Program-made: the position numbers and the translations under genes
In this document: piece after piece, positions 1 to 10,326 of the stretch
How positions within the stretch are numbered: position 1 is the first letter of the stretch
Layout: each line of letters starts with the position of its first letter
Notes under the pieces: generated by a model
The model's input: only the letters and a program-made list of their open reading frames with translations
Database searches by the model: none
What the model was told of the DNA's origin: nothing
Assembly (NCBI GenBank): GCA_016211085.1
Contig: JACQSY010000015.1
Location: forward strand, 12,041-76,040
DNA from: Acidobacteriota bacterium
GTDB taxonomy: Bacteria > Acidobacteriota > UBA6911 > RPQK01 > JACQSY01
Reading direction: 5' to 3'
DNA: 64,000 bases

Positions 1-1
1 A

Positions 2-445
2 AAAACGAGCCGAGGCGCTCAACATCTGGTCCCGACTCAGGGGAGCCTGCAAGATATAAACCGACAGGAAAGCACCACTCCACCAAGTCCAGATCAAAGC
101 GTAGAGCAACCCGATGAGAGTGATTCCCGCCGATGTCTTGAATAACTGCCCATTCAAGAAAGCTTCCAGCCCCTTGAGCAAGGCTCCCGCCGACAGCAGC
201 GTCGCATCAAAAGTACTGGCCAGCCCTGTGGCCGCCGTACGAAACTCTGCATACCATGCAGGATCAAATCCCCGCGCCAGATGGTCTCCTGCACGGCTGG
301 GACCCAGAGAACTTTGAATACTTTCTTCAACAAACAGCATGGGTATCAAGGCGAGCAACACATTCGAAAAGTAAATCAGCAAGATTAACCGCTTCGCCCG
401 GTGCATCCGGCTGAGTCCTTCGCGAATTGCACTTAAAACGTTCAT
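2..445 (-). CDS. Hypothetical integral membrane protein, 3' end runs off the window
   Basis: Manual translation from ATG at 445: MNVLSAIREGLSRMHRAKRLILLIYFSNVLLALIPMLF...ITLIGLLYALIWTWWSGAFLSVY, open to the window edge with hydrophobic helices; TATAAT 16 nt upstream; absent from the ORF track because it lacks a stop. Confidence 0.75.
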   Translation of the reverse strand, partial: MNVLSAIREGLSRMHRAKRLILLIYFSNVLLALIPMLFVEESIQSSLGPSRAGDHLARGFDPAWYAEFRTAATGLASTFDATLLSAGALLKGLEAFLNGQLFKTSAGITLIGLLYALIWTWWSGAFLSVYILQAPLSRDQMLSASARF

Positions 446-585
446 AGAAAAAGGAGTGCGGATTATAACATCAGCGCCGGCGTGCACAACTGATCAACCA
501 CCAGAACTTTCAACCCTCGAGAGCACGTACCGGAACGCTGCGCTGCGTGTCCTTGTTTCACGTTTATTTTGCTGAGCGCACGGCT

Positions 586-2541
586 TCAGGAAAAGAAGGC
601 GAAGTGTTCAAGAAGATTCTGCAACCAGATCGCCCACTTGAGCGCCCACTTTCGTGCAGCCGACTTACTCGCCGGTTTCCGTACCCAGCTGTTGTTGGTG
701 TAATTCACGTCCAGCGCCAGCTTCCCGTCGGGATCAACTTCAACCAGCCTTATGGGAGACTTCTTGCGAAAATCAAAGCGCGTCCAGCGTGACTGTCCAT
801 CCCAGATCTCACGGACTACCGTGGCGTCGGAGAACTCCACCCTCACTTCAACGGGGAAAACTCCTTCTCCCCAGCGCCTGAGATGCACGGACTGCAGCCC
901 ATTGCCGAGATCCGTAACCGCATCGACAGAATAATCAAAGACGTGTGAGCTACGGTAAGTCTGGTTCCAGAACCATGAGAAATCTTCCCCGGCCACCTCA
1001 TGCACCACGTTAAAGAAATCTTCAGCTCGAGGATGCTTGAAGCGCCATCGGGAGAAGTACGTTTGAAGAATAGAGCGGAACTTGCCCCACCCCAGGTGTC
1101 GTTCCAGCGTGATCAGCATCAGGTCCGGCTTTGTATACGAATTCACCGTATACGCCCCGGGCCCGTAAACACGGGTGAGGCCGGTTGCATCCGCAGAACG
1201 ACCGCGCCGCGCCGCCGGCCCATACTGCCATGCGGGCGTCGCCATCACGTCCAGTTTAAGCTCTGATTCAAAAGTGCCCAGCCCGCTGGCGGGGTGGTCC
1301 GATTGGAATATTCCTTCGAAAAGCAGCGGGATAAAACCTTCGAAGTAACGGCGCACCACCGGGGCAGACCCGAAAGCCTCACGCATGATCTTGCGAGTTG
1401 AGTACTCGGTCAACCCTTCGTCCAGCCAGGCATCCTCGAACTCATTATTGGCGACAACCGCATAGAAAAACTGGTGGCCGGTTTCATGGACTGTGACCTC
1501 CTCGGGGACCTGCGATCCAGGGAGGTTCAGCCAACGAGTGCCCCCGGTGATCAAAGTCGGGTACTCCATACCCCCGCTGTTGGAAAGATATGCGGGATCG
1601 ATAATAGTCAAATGTCCGTACGGATATTCTCCTAACCATTCGCCAAAGTATTTCAAAGCCGTCTTCGCGGCGGTGAAGTACCTGCTTTCCTGCCCCAGAT
1701 GATCCAGCATCAACAGTAACCGCAGATCGACGGCTTTTAAGTGCGGGTGCTCGAATCGGTCGCGAAATTCATAGAAGTCTGGACTGGCCACCCAGGCAAA
1801 ATCAATCACCTGTTCCTGATAAAAATGGTGCGTAGCCGTGCCATCTTTGTTTTGGCGATGCGACTGCTGCCTGCCCGTTGCTCCTACGATCCAACCCCCG
1901 GGAACCACCAGCCGAACATCGTAGGTGCCGAATTCAGAAAAGAATTCCGTTTGAATGAATTGGCGACAGTTCCAGGCTCCGGTTTTTTCAAAAACTCCCA
2001 GTTTGGGAAACCATTGGGCAATAAAGAAGTACTCTCCACGAGAGCCGGTCCGGGCAAAAGGACGGGGAACCTTGATTTTGAATTCGACTTGAATCTCAAT
2101 GGTTTCGCCAGGCTTCACCGGCCTGGGGAGTATAACCTTCATAACGGTCCGATCATGCGGATTGCCGTCATCAGGCTGGATATATTGAATGGCTGAAGTG
2201 AGGTCCAATTCTGCAAATCCATTGCCTGGCAGGATCTTCAGCCGACTGACGTCAATGGCAGCCCACTCGTTGGGACGCCACTGCTTGAGCGCTTCTTCCC
2301 TCATGCGGTTTGAATTAAGGAAGGAGCTTTGCGGGTTCAACCATGCATTGTAGTAAAGGTGAAATTGCAGATCGGAGGCGGCAAACGTCGTCTTATTTGA
2401 CCAGCGAATGTGAGCTGAACCGGACACGGTTCGAGCGGCAGGATCCAGGCGCGCCTCCAGCTTGTAGTCAGCAGCCCATGCCTGGCTCAGTGCCGCCGAA
2501 GCAACAAGAATAAGAAGGACAATCCAGGTAGGGTCGCGCAC
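586..2541 (-). CDS. M1-family zinc aminopeptidase, secreted
   Basis: GGMEY and HETGH-x18-E motifs; signal peptide (WIVLLILVASAALSQAWA) directly after GTG 2541; the longer ORF-track N-terminus runs through a repeat element and the upstream gene. Confidence 0.9.
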   Translation of the reverse strand: MRDPTWIVLLILVASAALSQAWAADYKLEARLDPAARTVSGSAHIRWSNKTTFAASDLQFHLYYNAWLNPQSSFLNSNRMREEALKQWRPNEWAAIDVSRLKILPGNGFAELDLTSAIQYIQPDDGNPHDRTVMKVILPRPVKPGETIEIQVEFKIKVPRPFARTGSRGEYFFIAQWFPKLGVFEKTGAWNCRQFIQTEFFSEFGTYDVRLVVPGGWIVGATGRQQSHRQNKDGTATHHFYQEQVIDFAWVASPDFYEFRDRFEHPHLKAVDLRLLLMLDHLGQESRYFTAAKTALKYFGEWLGEYPYGHLTIIDPAYLSNSGGMEYPTLITGGTRWLNLPGSQVPEEVTVHETGHQFFYAVVANNEFEDAWLDEGLTEYSTRKIMREAFGSAPVVRRYFEGFIPLLFEGIFQSDHPASGLGTFESELKLDVMATPAWQYGPAARRGRSADATGLTRVYGPGAYTVNSYTKPDLMLITLERHLGWGKFRSILQTYFSRWRFKHPRAEDFFNVVHEVAGEDFSWFWNQTYRSSHVFDYSVDAVTDLGNGLQSVHLRRWGEGVFPVEVRVEFSDATVVREIWDGQSRWTRFDFRKKSPIRLVEVDPDGKLALDVNYTNNSWVRKPASKSAARKWALKWAIWLQNLLEHFAFFS

Positions 2542-2564
2542 CGTGTTGACATGAGCCCCCCTCG

Positions 2565-2640
2565 ATTCCTCCTGGCGTCTCGACCTCGCTTCGCACGCCC
2601 GACTCGCAAACATATGATTATTTCTTCTCCGAGACACTAG
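2565..2640 (-). repeat. Partial copy of CTAG-bounded palindromic repeat family
   Basis: Minus strand CTAGTGTCTCGGAGAAGAAATAATCATATGTTTGCGAGTCGGGCGTGCGAAGCGAGGTCGAG aligns with the copy at 62644 (CTAGTATCTCAGAGCACAAATAAGCGTACGATTGCGAGTGGAGTTTGTGATGCGAGGTCAAG). Confidence 0.7.
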
Positions 2641-2672
2641 CGCCGAAACTTTTCTTATCATTTCGACTGATT

Positions 2673-3221
2673 TTAGGGAAAAGAAGACGGAGGGTCTGCG
2701 GGGCGGCACTTTCTCCAATAAAGCCAGAAAAGAGCAGCCACTGTCTTGGCGTCCTGAATTTCTCGTTTCATGCAAAGTTCGATCGCCTCATCCAGCCGGT
2801 AAAATTCCACCTCAATTTGTTCGTCATGCTCGTGATTGGTTTTGGTTTCCACAATCCGGTCGGCATAGTAGAAATGTAACAGCTCATCACAGTAACCGGG
2901 GGTCGGATACAACTTAAATACTGGATGCAAAGACTCAGGGCGATAGCCGGTTTCCTCTTCGAGTTCACGCGCGGCACCGGCTAGAGGATCTTCTCCCGGG
3001 TCCACCTTGCCGGCCGGTAACTCCAGGAGCAACTTATCCAAAGGATAGCGAAGTTGGCGTACAAAAGGGATACGGCCGTCGGGGAGCTCGGCCAAGACCA
3101 CGACACCGCCCGGATGTCTGACGACTTCCCGGATAAAGCTACGCCCGTTCATTTCAATCGTATCCACAACGAGATCCACAATCTTACCGGAGTAAACCTT
3201 CTTGCGGTTGATCAGCATCAC
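2673..3221 (-). CDS. nudF: NUDIX hydrolase (ADP-ribose pyrophosphatase type)
   Basis: Nudix box GKVDPGEDPLAGAARELEEETGY; REVVRHPG, ELPAG, PTPGYCDE and IQDAKT motifs. Confidence 0.85.
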   Translation of the reverse strand: MMLINRKKVYSGKIVDLVVDTIEMNGRSFIREVVRHPGGVVVLAELPDGRIPFVRQLRYPLDKLLLELPAGKVDPGEDPLAGAARELEEETGYRPESLHPVFKLYPTPGYCDELLHFYYADRIVETKTNHEHDEQIEVEFYRLDEAIELCMKREIQDAKTVAALFWLYWRKCRPADPPSSFP

Positions 3222-4207
3222 TGGTCGATGTTGATAAAGATCTTGCCGGGAACTTTTCGAGTCGAGACTTTGACTTCCCGCCGGTTCTTGTCATCGTCAA
3301 AACTCGTCTGATAAATCATCACGTACTGGCTCTTCATCTCGTGAATGATGTCCATATAGATCTGGCGCAGGTCGGCAAAAGCATTGGAAAAAATTGTTCG
3401 GCCTCCATAACGAAGGGTCTGATCCACAAAGCGGTTCTGCAAAATGATCAGGTTGTGAAAATCACGGCTGACGCGGCGTCTTATTCCTAGAGTGTTCGTC
3501 CTGTCGAGCCCGTTCCGGTAATTTTGTATGTATTCGTTAGTATAGATAATCGGGTAGAGGGTAATTCCGTGATGCCGCGTCACCTCGATCATGTCTTCGA
3601 ATGAAGAACTACTCTTGGTGTCGATGCCATCCGTCAGGAGGATGATGAGCTTTTTCCCCCCCCGATCCTTGAAAAGATTATCAGCCACCCAAATGACCGA
3701 ATCGTACAAAGCGGTCTTACCTTTTGGCTTCATTCCGTGAAGATAAGCTCCCAGATCAATGGGAGGATCATCCCACCCGAGAACAGGTTGACATTCTTCA
3801 GAAAAGAGGACAAAAGCGGATTTTTCCTTTTCCAGGCCTTTGAAGAAATCGACTGCGGTCCGAACCGCATTGTCAAAGAAATAACCAATGCTCCAGCTGG
3901 TGTCGACCATGATCACTGCATTAATCGGCACTTCCTGCTCCTTCAGGAGCGCAATCTTCTGCTCTTGTCCATTCTCCTGGATCAGGAAATCCGTAGCCTT
4001 GAGATTCTTAATGTAACGGCCTTGATTGTCGCGCACCAGAAAACTCAGCTGGATATGCTCTACCTGCATCAATATCTGTATGTTCTCGATGCGCAAATCG
4101 TCTAATTCTCTTTGACTGCGATCTTGTTCAGCCGCGGCAAAGACAGACGAAAAGCCAAGCAAGACCGTAAACGTAAAGATGAACAGTGCGTGGGATGCTC
4201 TTTTCAC
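3218..4207 (-). CDS. Secreted VWA-domain protein (acidobacterial type)
   Basis: Signal peptide; DTSWS MIDAS-like motif, GKTALYDSV, IILLTDGIDT, QYVMIY. Confidence 0.85.
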   Translation of the reverse strand: MKRASHALFIFTFTVLLGFSSVFAAAEQDRSQRELDDLRIENIQILMQVEHIQLSFLVRDNQGRYIKNLKATDFLIQENGQEQKIALLKEQEVPINAVIMVDTSWSIGYFFDNAVRTAVDFFKGLEKEKSAFVLFSEECQPVLGWDDPPIDLGAYLHGMKPKGKTALYDSVIWVADNLFKDRGGKKLIILLTDGIDTKSSSSFEDMIEVTRHHGITLYPIIYTNEYIQNYRNGLDRTNTLGIRRRVSRDFHNLIILQNRFVDQTLRYGGRTIFSNAFADLRQIYMDIIHEMKSQYVMIYQTSFDDDKNRREVKVSTRKVPGKIFINIDQ

Positions 4208-4509
4208 TCTTCAACCTCCTCTTTGGCATTGTTCGCTCGTTCCATCGTAATGTGGAACAAATGATGAAAACAAGCTCGCCAAAATTCACCTCGTCCTGTA
4301 TTACGCCGGTTTGTTCAAGAGAGAACTACGCCGTCCGCTCGCGTCAAATCCCGGCAAAAATTGTGGACCGGTTCCTCTTGAACAAGGCAGGGCGTGCTAA
4401 TATTGCCTGCGGAATCGCCAAAAAAGTCAAGTGGTCTGGTTTACAAGTGGTCATTTCTCCATATTACCGCCTCAAAACAATAGTCATCGAAAAGGATTCG
4501 CTGCTGGCG

Positions 4510-5868
4510 ATGGGCACGCTGGTACTGGCAATAGCGGCCAGCTTTGCAAATTCCCTTCCCGGGGCCTTTCACTTTGACGATTTCAGTCTGCTACTTGAGA
4601 ATCCACGTGTTCTTCGCTTTGACTACAGCGCTTTTCTTGATCATTACGGAGGCCGCCCCCTCACCTTATGGACTTTTTTTCTTAATCATCAATGGTCAGG
4701 TCCCCAGGCTTTGGGATTTCATGCGGTGAACCTGACGCTCCATGTGGGCGTTACGTTTTTGGTTTTCTTACTGGCCCGGAAAACTCTGAAACGGACCGGG
4801 TGGGCCTGGTTCGCTGCCCTTGTTTTCGCCATTCATCCACTGCAAAACCAGGCAGTGAATTACATTTGGTCTCGAAGCGTCCTGCTCATGGCTTTATTCG
4901 GCCTCCTGGCTATTTACACGGTCAGGAAGGCGCCACTGCTTTCCCTGTTCTCTTTTCAGCTTGCTGTATGGAGTCGAACCGAAGCTCTCTTGTTCGCGCC
5001 GCTGCTTTTTTTCATGATGGATCGCAATCGGTTTTGGCTTACGGCGCTGTCTTTGTTAAACGCAGGCGCTTTCCTGCTTTCGGTGCTCTGGTACTCACCT
5101 CAAGAAATTGCCTGGAACCACACCGACCCACTCGCCTATTGGAGTACTCAACCAGTTTTGTTCTGGAAATACTTCTCACTGTTTTTCTTGCCGCTCGAAT
5201 TGAATATTGATCACGATTTTTTCAAGCCCTCCTCGTCTATCGTGATGGTTTCCCTGCTGGGCTGTGTCGCTTTTTTTCTGATCATCTGGAAGTCAGCGCG
5301 ACAACAACCCGCAATGCGTAGTGGGATATTTTGGTACGGCTGGTTTTTTGCGGCGGCTTGGCTGGTACCTAATTCTGATTTTCTAAACGAAACGCGTGCT
5401 TATCTGCCACTTGCCGGCCTGGCTGTTGTGCTGGCTGCTCTGATGCAGAGATACCTGCAACACTCCTGGTGGATCGGCATAGCGGCGACTTTATTTCTGC
5501 TGGCTGCAGTACCCCTGAACCGGGAGCGCAATCGCCTCTGGAATGACGACGTTGCCTTATGGGAGGATGCCGCAAACAAGAGTCCTGCTAAGCCGCGCGT
5601 CCATTACAATCTCGGGGTGGCGTATGCCCGAGAGGGCCGCTTGGCGCCGGCCCGTGAGGAATTTCAGCAGGCGCTGCGTTTGAACCCGGGCGACGATCTG
5701 AGCTATGCTGCGGTGGGATACTGTGCCGAAAAGCTGGGGGACTTGCGCGGCGCCCTGCACTTTTACGGCAAGGCGCTGGAATTGAAACCCGCCAATCGAT
5801 ACGCCCAAAGAAGAGTCCGCAACCTGAATCGGCTGGAAACCGTGGCAAAAGGGCAAGGGAGTTTATGA
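4510..5868 (+). CDS. TMTC-like multi-pass membrane protein with C-terminal TPRs (putative GT-C protein O-glycosyltransferase); start uncertain
   Basis: FHFDD loop motif, GRPLT, FHAVNLTLH, FAIHPLQNQAVNYIWSR, ETRAYLP, then WNDDVALWEDA and TPR repeats. Confidence 0.75.
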   Translation: MGTLVLAIAASFANSLPGAFHFDDFSLLLENPRVLRFDYSAFLDHYGGRPLTLWTFFLNHQWSGPQALGFHAVNLTLHVGVTFLVFLLARKTLKRTGWAWFAALVFAIHPLQNQAVNYIWSRSVLLMALFGLLAIYTVRKAPLLSLFSFQLAVWSRTEALLFAPLLFFMMDRNRFWLTALSLLNAGAFLLSVLWYSPQEIAWNHTDPLAYWSTQPVLFWKYFSLFFLPLELNIDHDFFKPSSSIVMVSLLGCVAFFLIIWKSARQQPAMRSGIFWYGWFFAAAWLVPNSDFLNETRAYLPLAGLAVVLAALMQRYLQHSWWIGIAATLFLLAAVPLNRERNRLWNDDVALWEDAANKSPAKPRVHYNLGVAYAREGRLAPAREEFQQALRLNPGDDLSYAAVGYCAEKLGDLRGALHFYGKALELKPANRYAQRRVRNLNRLETVAKGQGSL

Positions 5869-6392
5869 AGTACTTACCCCAACTGCACTGGTTAATGGCT
5901 GCAATTGCAGTGGTGATTGCCGCCTATACCTTTTCAAACACGTTCTGGAATAAACCTGAATTTCAGCCGATCAGCATAAGAGAGGTCGCGCCTCCGGCTG
6001 CGCAGCCCCCCTTGTCTAAGAGCATGGGTGGCGCACCTTCCAATGCCAGTTCACAGGCCGCACCCATTGCTGTAAAGCCTCTTTCCGAGCTGCCTAAAGA
6101 GCCAACGGGCGCGCCCGCCGCGGCCCCGGTGGTGCAACCGGATGCCGCATCAGGCTCGGCCCCAGCTCCTGCAATTCCGCAAGCACGGCCTTCATCTTCA
6201 CCCCAGCCTCCTGTTCCGCCCTTTCAAGGGGTTCCACCCCAGCCGGGCTTATCACCGTTTGGCAGGCCGACAGATCCGGAACTCGTACCGCGTTCAGTAC
6301 TGGCCCCGCGCAATACCGCAAAGCGAACACCTCGCGACGAATCCGATGCTCCTCCGGTACGCTCCTCTTTGCCCGAGCAGGACCCGCCCTGA
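5865..6392 (+). CDS. Membrane-anchored Pro/Ala/Ser-rich hypothetical protein
   Basis: N-terminal TM helix followed by a low-complexity Pro-rich tail; ATGA overlap with the upstream gene and GGGAG RBS. Confidence 0.7.
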   Translation: MKYLPQLHWLMAAIAVVIAAYTFSNTFWNKPEFQPISIREVAPPAAQPPLSKSMGGAPSNASSQAAPIAVKPLSELPKEPTGAPAAAPVVQPDAASGSAPAPAIPQARPSSSPQPPVPPFQGVPPQPGLSPFGRPTDPELVPRSVLAPRNTAKRTPRDESDAPPVRSSLPEQDPP

Positions 6393-6439
6393 ATCACGGA
6401 AAAGCTGCCCGTTTTCTTTGGACACGCGTCGGGCGGCGG

Positions 6440-6520
6440 CTAAGTGCTCCATTTCACAAATAAAGTTTGTTGCGAGCGCGACGGCGGCCAGGTCGAGGCG
6501 CGACGAAATGGGGTACTAAG
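6440..6520. mobile_element. Short MITE-like element, complete ends
   Basis: CTAAG at both flanks (6440-6444, 6516-6520); terminal IR AGTGCTCCATTTC / GAAATGGGGTACT (11/13); interior TTGCGAGCGCGACGGCGGCCAG shared with the element at 40172; lies between convergent genes. Confidence 0.75.
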
Positions 6521-6549
6521 CTTGTCAAAATGAATATTGGCTTCACCGG

Positions 6550-7881
6550 TCAACCGGTTCTGAGTGCTCTTGCGGGGTCGATTCTGGCGGCACGCTGAGC
6601 AGGGACCAGTCCGGAAATCGTACTGAATGCCGTGGAGAAGGCCAGCGCCCCCAGGATCAACCAGAGGGGAAGATCAAACAAGTCGGGCACCTGCTGGAAC
6701 TGATGCTGCTCAAAATAGCGCCTGATGAAGAAATCAGCCACTCGTGTCAGTCCCCATCCGGAGATCAACCCCAGAATGCCTCCCACCATCCCAATGCAAC
6801 CGGCCTCCAGCAGAAAAATCCGTCGGACATCCTGGTCGGTGCCGCCGACCGCTTTCATGATGCCAATCTGCTGGGTCCTCTCCATGACCGACATGATCAG
6901 CACATTGGCAATTCCCAGAGAGGCCACCAGCAGCGCAATCGCGCCCAACACTGAGAGGATGGTTTCCAGTATGAGGAAAGCGCGCATAATGGTGTCCATC
7001 TCGTCGGCAATGGCAAAGGTGTAGTTGCCCCAGGACTCGACTTCCCGTCGCACGCGATCCATGTTTGCTACATCATCCACTCGAACATCGATGGCAGGAT
7101 ACTCCCTCCCTCTACCCTGTTCGGCAGCAATCGCGCTCGAGAGAGCAGCCATGCTCGCCAGGCTCTGATCCCACAGCTTCCGCGCTTCGTCGAGAGGGAT
7201 TATCGTACCCATATAAAATGGGTTTCTCTGCGTGACAATCACCCGGGGAAGCACGCCCACGACGCGGTAGGGGAAACGGATGGTCTCAATGGGTGGATCG
7301 TCTTCCCCGGCCTCCTCGCGCATCCGATCTGTCAGTAACTCAATGGTGGAGCCCACCGCTGCCTGGGGTGGATTGAAACCAAGGCGCTCAGCCACCCAAT
7401 ATGACAGGACGATCTCACGGCCGCTTACACCTGATAGGAATCGACCGTCCGTGATCCGCGAAAATGGAGAAAGCGGGGCAATATGAGGACCTCCCCCTTG
7501 AACCCGCGTCAAATAGGCGTGGTTTCCGTTCTTCAACTGTACCGGTAAAACGATATCGGGCTGGACGCTTTGCACACCTGGTATTTTCGAAAGCTTCTTC
7601 ACCAGGGCATCATCGAGTGCCGGGCTTTCCCGTTCCGCGGGAGGCTGGCCGCGAAAACGGCGCAAATTTTGAGCCTGTCGAGCTCCGACCACGCGAAAAG
7701 AGGAAAAGAGTTCCCGAGTTTCCAGATTGCCAACCGTTTCACGGCGCAGCCCCGCACCAAAGCTGACCATGGAAACCAGGGTGGCAATGGCGATCACCAC
7801 TCCCAAACAGGTGAGTGTAAAGCGCAGTTTGGAGTGTTGAATGTTATGAATAGCGATTTGAAAACTGTCGAACCAGGTCAT
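6550..7881 (-). CDS. ABC transporter permease, MacB/FtsX family
   Basis: RFTLTCLGVVIA N-terminal TM, periplasmic core, GIANVLIMSVMERTQQIGIMKAVGG, PAQRAARIDP. Confidence 0.92.
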   Translation of the reverse strand: MTWFDSFQIAIHNIQHSKLRFTLTCLGVVIAIATLVSMVSFGAGLRRETVGNLETRELFSSFRVVGARQAQNLRRFRGQPPAERESPALDDALVKKLSKIPGVQSVQPDIVLPVQLKNGNHAYLTRVQGGGPHIAPLSPFSRITDGRFLSGVSGREIVLSYWVAERLGFNPPQAAVGSTIELLTDRMREEAGEDDPPIETIRFPYRVVGVLPRVIVTQRNPFYMGTIIPLDEARKLWDQSLASMAALSSAIAAEQGRGREYPAIDVRVDDVANMDRVRREVESWGNYTFAIADEMDTIMRAFLILETILSVLGAIALLVASLGIANVLIMSVMERTQQIGIMKAVGGTDQDVRRIFLLEAGCIGMVGGILGLISGWGLTRVADFFIRRYFEQHQFQQVPDLFDLPLWLILGALAFSTAFSTISGLVPAQRAARIDPARALRTG

Positions 7882-7888
7882 TGCTTCT

Positions 7889-8560
7889 TCAATTCGCTAC
7901 TTTTCCATCCTGCAACCTGATGAAACGGCCTACGATTCCTGAAAAAAGCTCCATCTCATGAGTCACACAAATGATCGTCCGTCCTTGCGCGTTTAGCTCC
8001 TTGAATATACTGAGAATCTCCTGTGCGGTGGCACTGTCAAGATTCCCTGTGGGTTCGTCTGCCAGCAAAAACTCAGGATCATTGGCCAGCGCTCTGGCTA
8101 TTGCGACCCGCTGTTGCTCACCGCCGGAGAGTTGCGCCGGCAGGTGATCCTCCCGGTTTCTCAAGCCCACGCTCTCGAGAAGGCTCCGGGCGCGATCCAA
8201 ACGTTGTGATGCCGCCACTCCTGAAAATGCCATCGGAAGAGCCACGTTTTGCAGGGCGGTCATCGTCGTGACCAGGTAAAAGAATTGAAAGATCATGCCG
8301 ACGGTATGTTGACGATGATTCGCCAACTCGCGGGAACTCATGGCCGCTAGGTTCCTGTTTCCGGCCCAGATGGCGCCTGAGCTGGGACGGTCCATGCCGG
8401 CCAGCAAATTCAACAGGGTTGACTTCCCGGAACCCGAGCGACCTGCGATTCCCACCAGTTCGCCCGCCTGTATTTCGAGCGACACTGAGTCGAGCGCCCG
8501 GACTAGGCGGTCTCCCATCGAGTATTCTTTTGAAACGGACTCCAGTCGCAGAGAAGACAT
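7889..8560 (-). CDS. ABC transporter ATP-binding protein (LolD/MacB type)
   Basis: Walker [36 protein letters not shown]. Confidence 0.95.
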   Translation of the reverse strand: MSSLRLESVSKEYSMGDRLVRALDSVSLEIQAGELVGIAGRSGSGKSTLLNLLAGMDRPSSGAIWAGNRNLAAMSSRELANHRQHTVGMIFQFFYLVTTMTALQNVALPMAFSGVAASQRLDRARSLLESVGLRNREDHLPAQLSGGEQQRVAIARALANDPEFLLADEPTGNLDSATAQEILSIFKELNAQGRTIICVTHEMELFSGIVGRFIRLQDGKVAN

Positions 8561-8720
8561 GGTCTAGTTTACGCAAGTAAGATTCTTATTGTTTCGGATA
8601 ACCGCGTTAATTCCACCGCTTGTCTTTTCTTGATTCGTGCCGGCGGCAACTACACGGAGCTTCCGATCAAAGAGTTTACAACAACCCACACGGGAACAAT
8701 CATGGTATGGTGACAAAGAA

Positions 8721-9566
8721 ATGCAGGCAAAACTTTCTTTGTGGTTTTCTCTGTTACTGGTCTCCAGCCTTCCCTTGGCGGCGGCGCCGCTAAGGGTGAT
8801 TCGCGACATCCCCTATTACACGGGTCCCGGCGCGCATCCGCGCCGTCATCTGCTGGATCTTTATCTGCCTGAAGGCGTGTCCAGATTCCCCCTTGTGATG
8901 TTCATCTACGGCGGCTCCTGGAGCCGCGGAGATAAAGATGACCGTGGAGGAGCCTACAGTCTGATTGGTCAACGACTGGTGCAAAGAGACATTGGTTTCG
9001 CAATCATCAATTATCGACTCTCGCCTTCCGTGCAACACCCGGAACACGTGCGGGATGTGGCGCGGGCCTTGGCATGGCTCTTTAGAAACTCCGAACGATA
9101 CGGATGGAATTCCAACCGCTTATTCCTGCTTGGGCACTCGGCCGGGGCGCATCTGGCCTCGCTGGTTACGGTAGACGACACTTATCTTGCCGAACAGAAA
9201 CTCAAACCCGGTATTGTCAACGGGGTGATTGCACTCAGCGGAGTCTATGATTTGACGCTCACAGGAATTTCAGGTCAAGCCATCTACGAGCCGGTATTCA
9301 CAGCAGAACCTTCCAGGCTTAAAGCGGCTTCCCCGGCCCTTCTTGTGAGTCGAAAAGCGCCTCCCTTTCTCCTGGGCTATGCCGAGAAAGACTATCCCAG
9401 CGCTGATTTTCAAGTGCGGCGATTCAAGAAAACTTTAGAACGGTTTGGAGGCACGGCGGAGACCCTCATGGTTCCCAAGCGCACGCATGTGACCATCGTG
9501 GTGGGTCTCATAGAAGAAGAGGATCCTTTGCACAAAGCCGTCCTGAACTTTATTCAAAATAATTGA
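8721..9566 (+). CDS. Secreted alpha/beta hydrolase (esterase/lipase)
   Basis: Signal peptide from ATG 8721; LDLYLP, YGGSW, NYRLSP, nucleophile elbow GHSAG. Confidence 0.88.
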   Translation: MQAKLSLWFSLLLVSSLPLAAAPLRVIRDIPYYTGPGAHPRRHLLDLYLPEGVSRFPLVMFIYGGSWSRGDKDDRGGAYSLIGQRLVQRDIGFAIINYRLSPSVQHPEHVRDVARALAWLFRNSERYGWNSNRLFLLGHSAGAHLASLVTVDDTYLAEQKLKPGIVNGVIALSGVYDLTLTGISGQAIYEPVFTAEPSRLKAASPALLVSRKAPPFLLGYAEKDYPSADFQVRRFKKTLERFGGTAETLMVPKRTHVTIVVGLIEEEDPLHKAVLNFIQNN

Positions 9567-9586
9567 GTCGGAATCCCGTCTTTACA

Positions 9587-9609
9587 AGCCGCCTGCTAGG
9601 CAGGCGGCT
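9587..9609. terminator. Perfect hairpin between convergent genes (probable bidirectional terminator)
   Basis: AGCCGCCTGC-TAG-GCAGGCGGCT, 10-bp stem, followed by CTTCTT. Confidence 0.6.
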
Positions 9610-9621
9610 CTTCTTGCGGAT

Positions 9622-10242
9622 TCATCGGGGTGGCGTTTGTGGTTCTCCCGGGGCTGCAGGTGGCGGCGTCATCGGCCTGCCACGCATCTCGGGAACGCGT
9701 CGGCGAAGGTCCTGGAGTTTGGAACGTTGCTCGGCTGTCAGGACAGCACGCGCATCAATCAGCCCATAAATGCGCGCCCGCGACAAGGCGCTTTGTGCTT
9801 GCGCAACTTCCTGCAGTTTGCGATCAATTGCAGACTTGTCGGGATTTTCCGCAGTTGTCAGGCGCCCCAGTTCCAGCTGTCGCACACGGAGATCCGAACT
9901 GTGCTGAATAAGGCTTTTTGGGGTGTTGAACGCTATCTCCTCCAGCTTCTTCACCTGGTCATCGGTCAAGCCCAGTTCGGTTCGCATCCTGGGATCATGA
10001 AGTATCCTCAATAAATCCCCTCTGCGTTGGTCTCCTCTGCGAGCACGACGCGCCTGCATCATCCGCATTCCGGCGCCCGGGCCCCTACCCATGGGCCGCT
10101 CCATATTGGCCCCGGGCCGAGGCCCCGGCATTGGACCAGCCGGCGGCCCTTGCGCACTCGCCAAAGGAGCAAGCCATGCTGAAACAAGCATGCTTGCAAA
10201 AAAGACCCATCCATGATGTAAAACTCTTTTCATCATCACCAT
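9622..10242 (-). CDS. Periplasmic Spy/CpxP-family helical protein
   Basis: GGAGG RBS before ATG 10242; signal peptide; LGLTDDQ and VLTAEQR (LTxxQ) motifs. Confidence 0.8.
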   Translation of the reverse strand: MVMMKRVLHHGWVFFASMLVSAWLAPLASAQGPPAGPMPGPRPGANMERPMGRGPGAGMRMMQARRARRGDQRRGDLLRILHDPRMRTELGLTDDQVKKLEEIAFNTPKSLIQHSSDLRVRQLELGRLTTAENPDKSAIDRKLQEVAQAQSALSRARIYGLIDARAVLTAEQRSKLQDLRRRVPEMRGRPMTPPPAAPGEPQTPPR

Positions 10243-10326
10243 GTTTCCTCCTGAATGATCTATACGGCACCTGAGCCGGAATGTTTCCGGAGGCTTCACA
10301 GTATCCGGAATGTTAAACTGAGCGTG

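Noticed and set aside
490-585. Possible remnant of the repeat family (minus strand CAAAATAAACG...CAAGGAC)
   Set aside because: Similarity too short to call by eye; no CT(A)AG end
2542-2775. ORF-track N-terminal extension of the M1 peptidase
   Set aside because: Overlaps the nudix gene and crosses the repeat element; the signal peptide begins after GTG 2541
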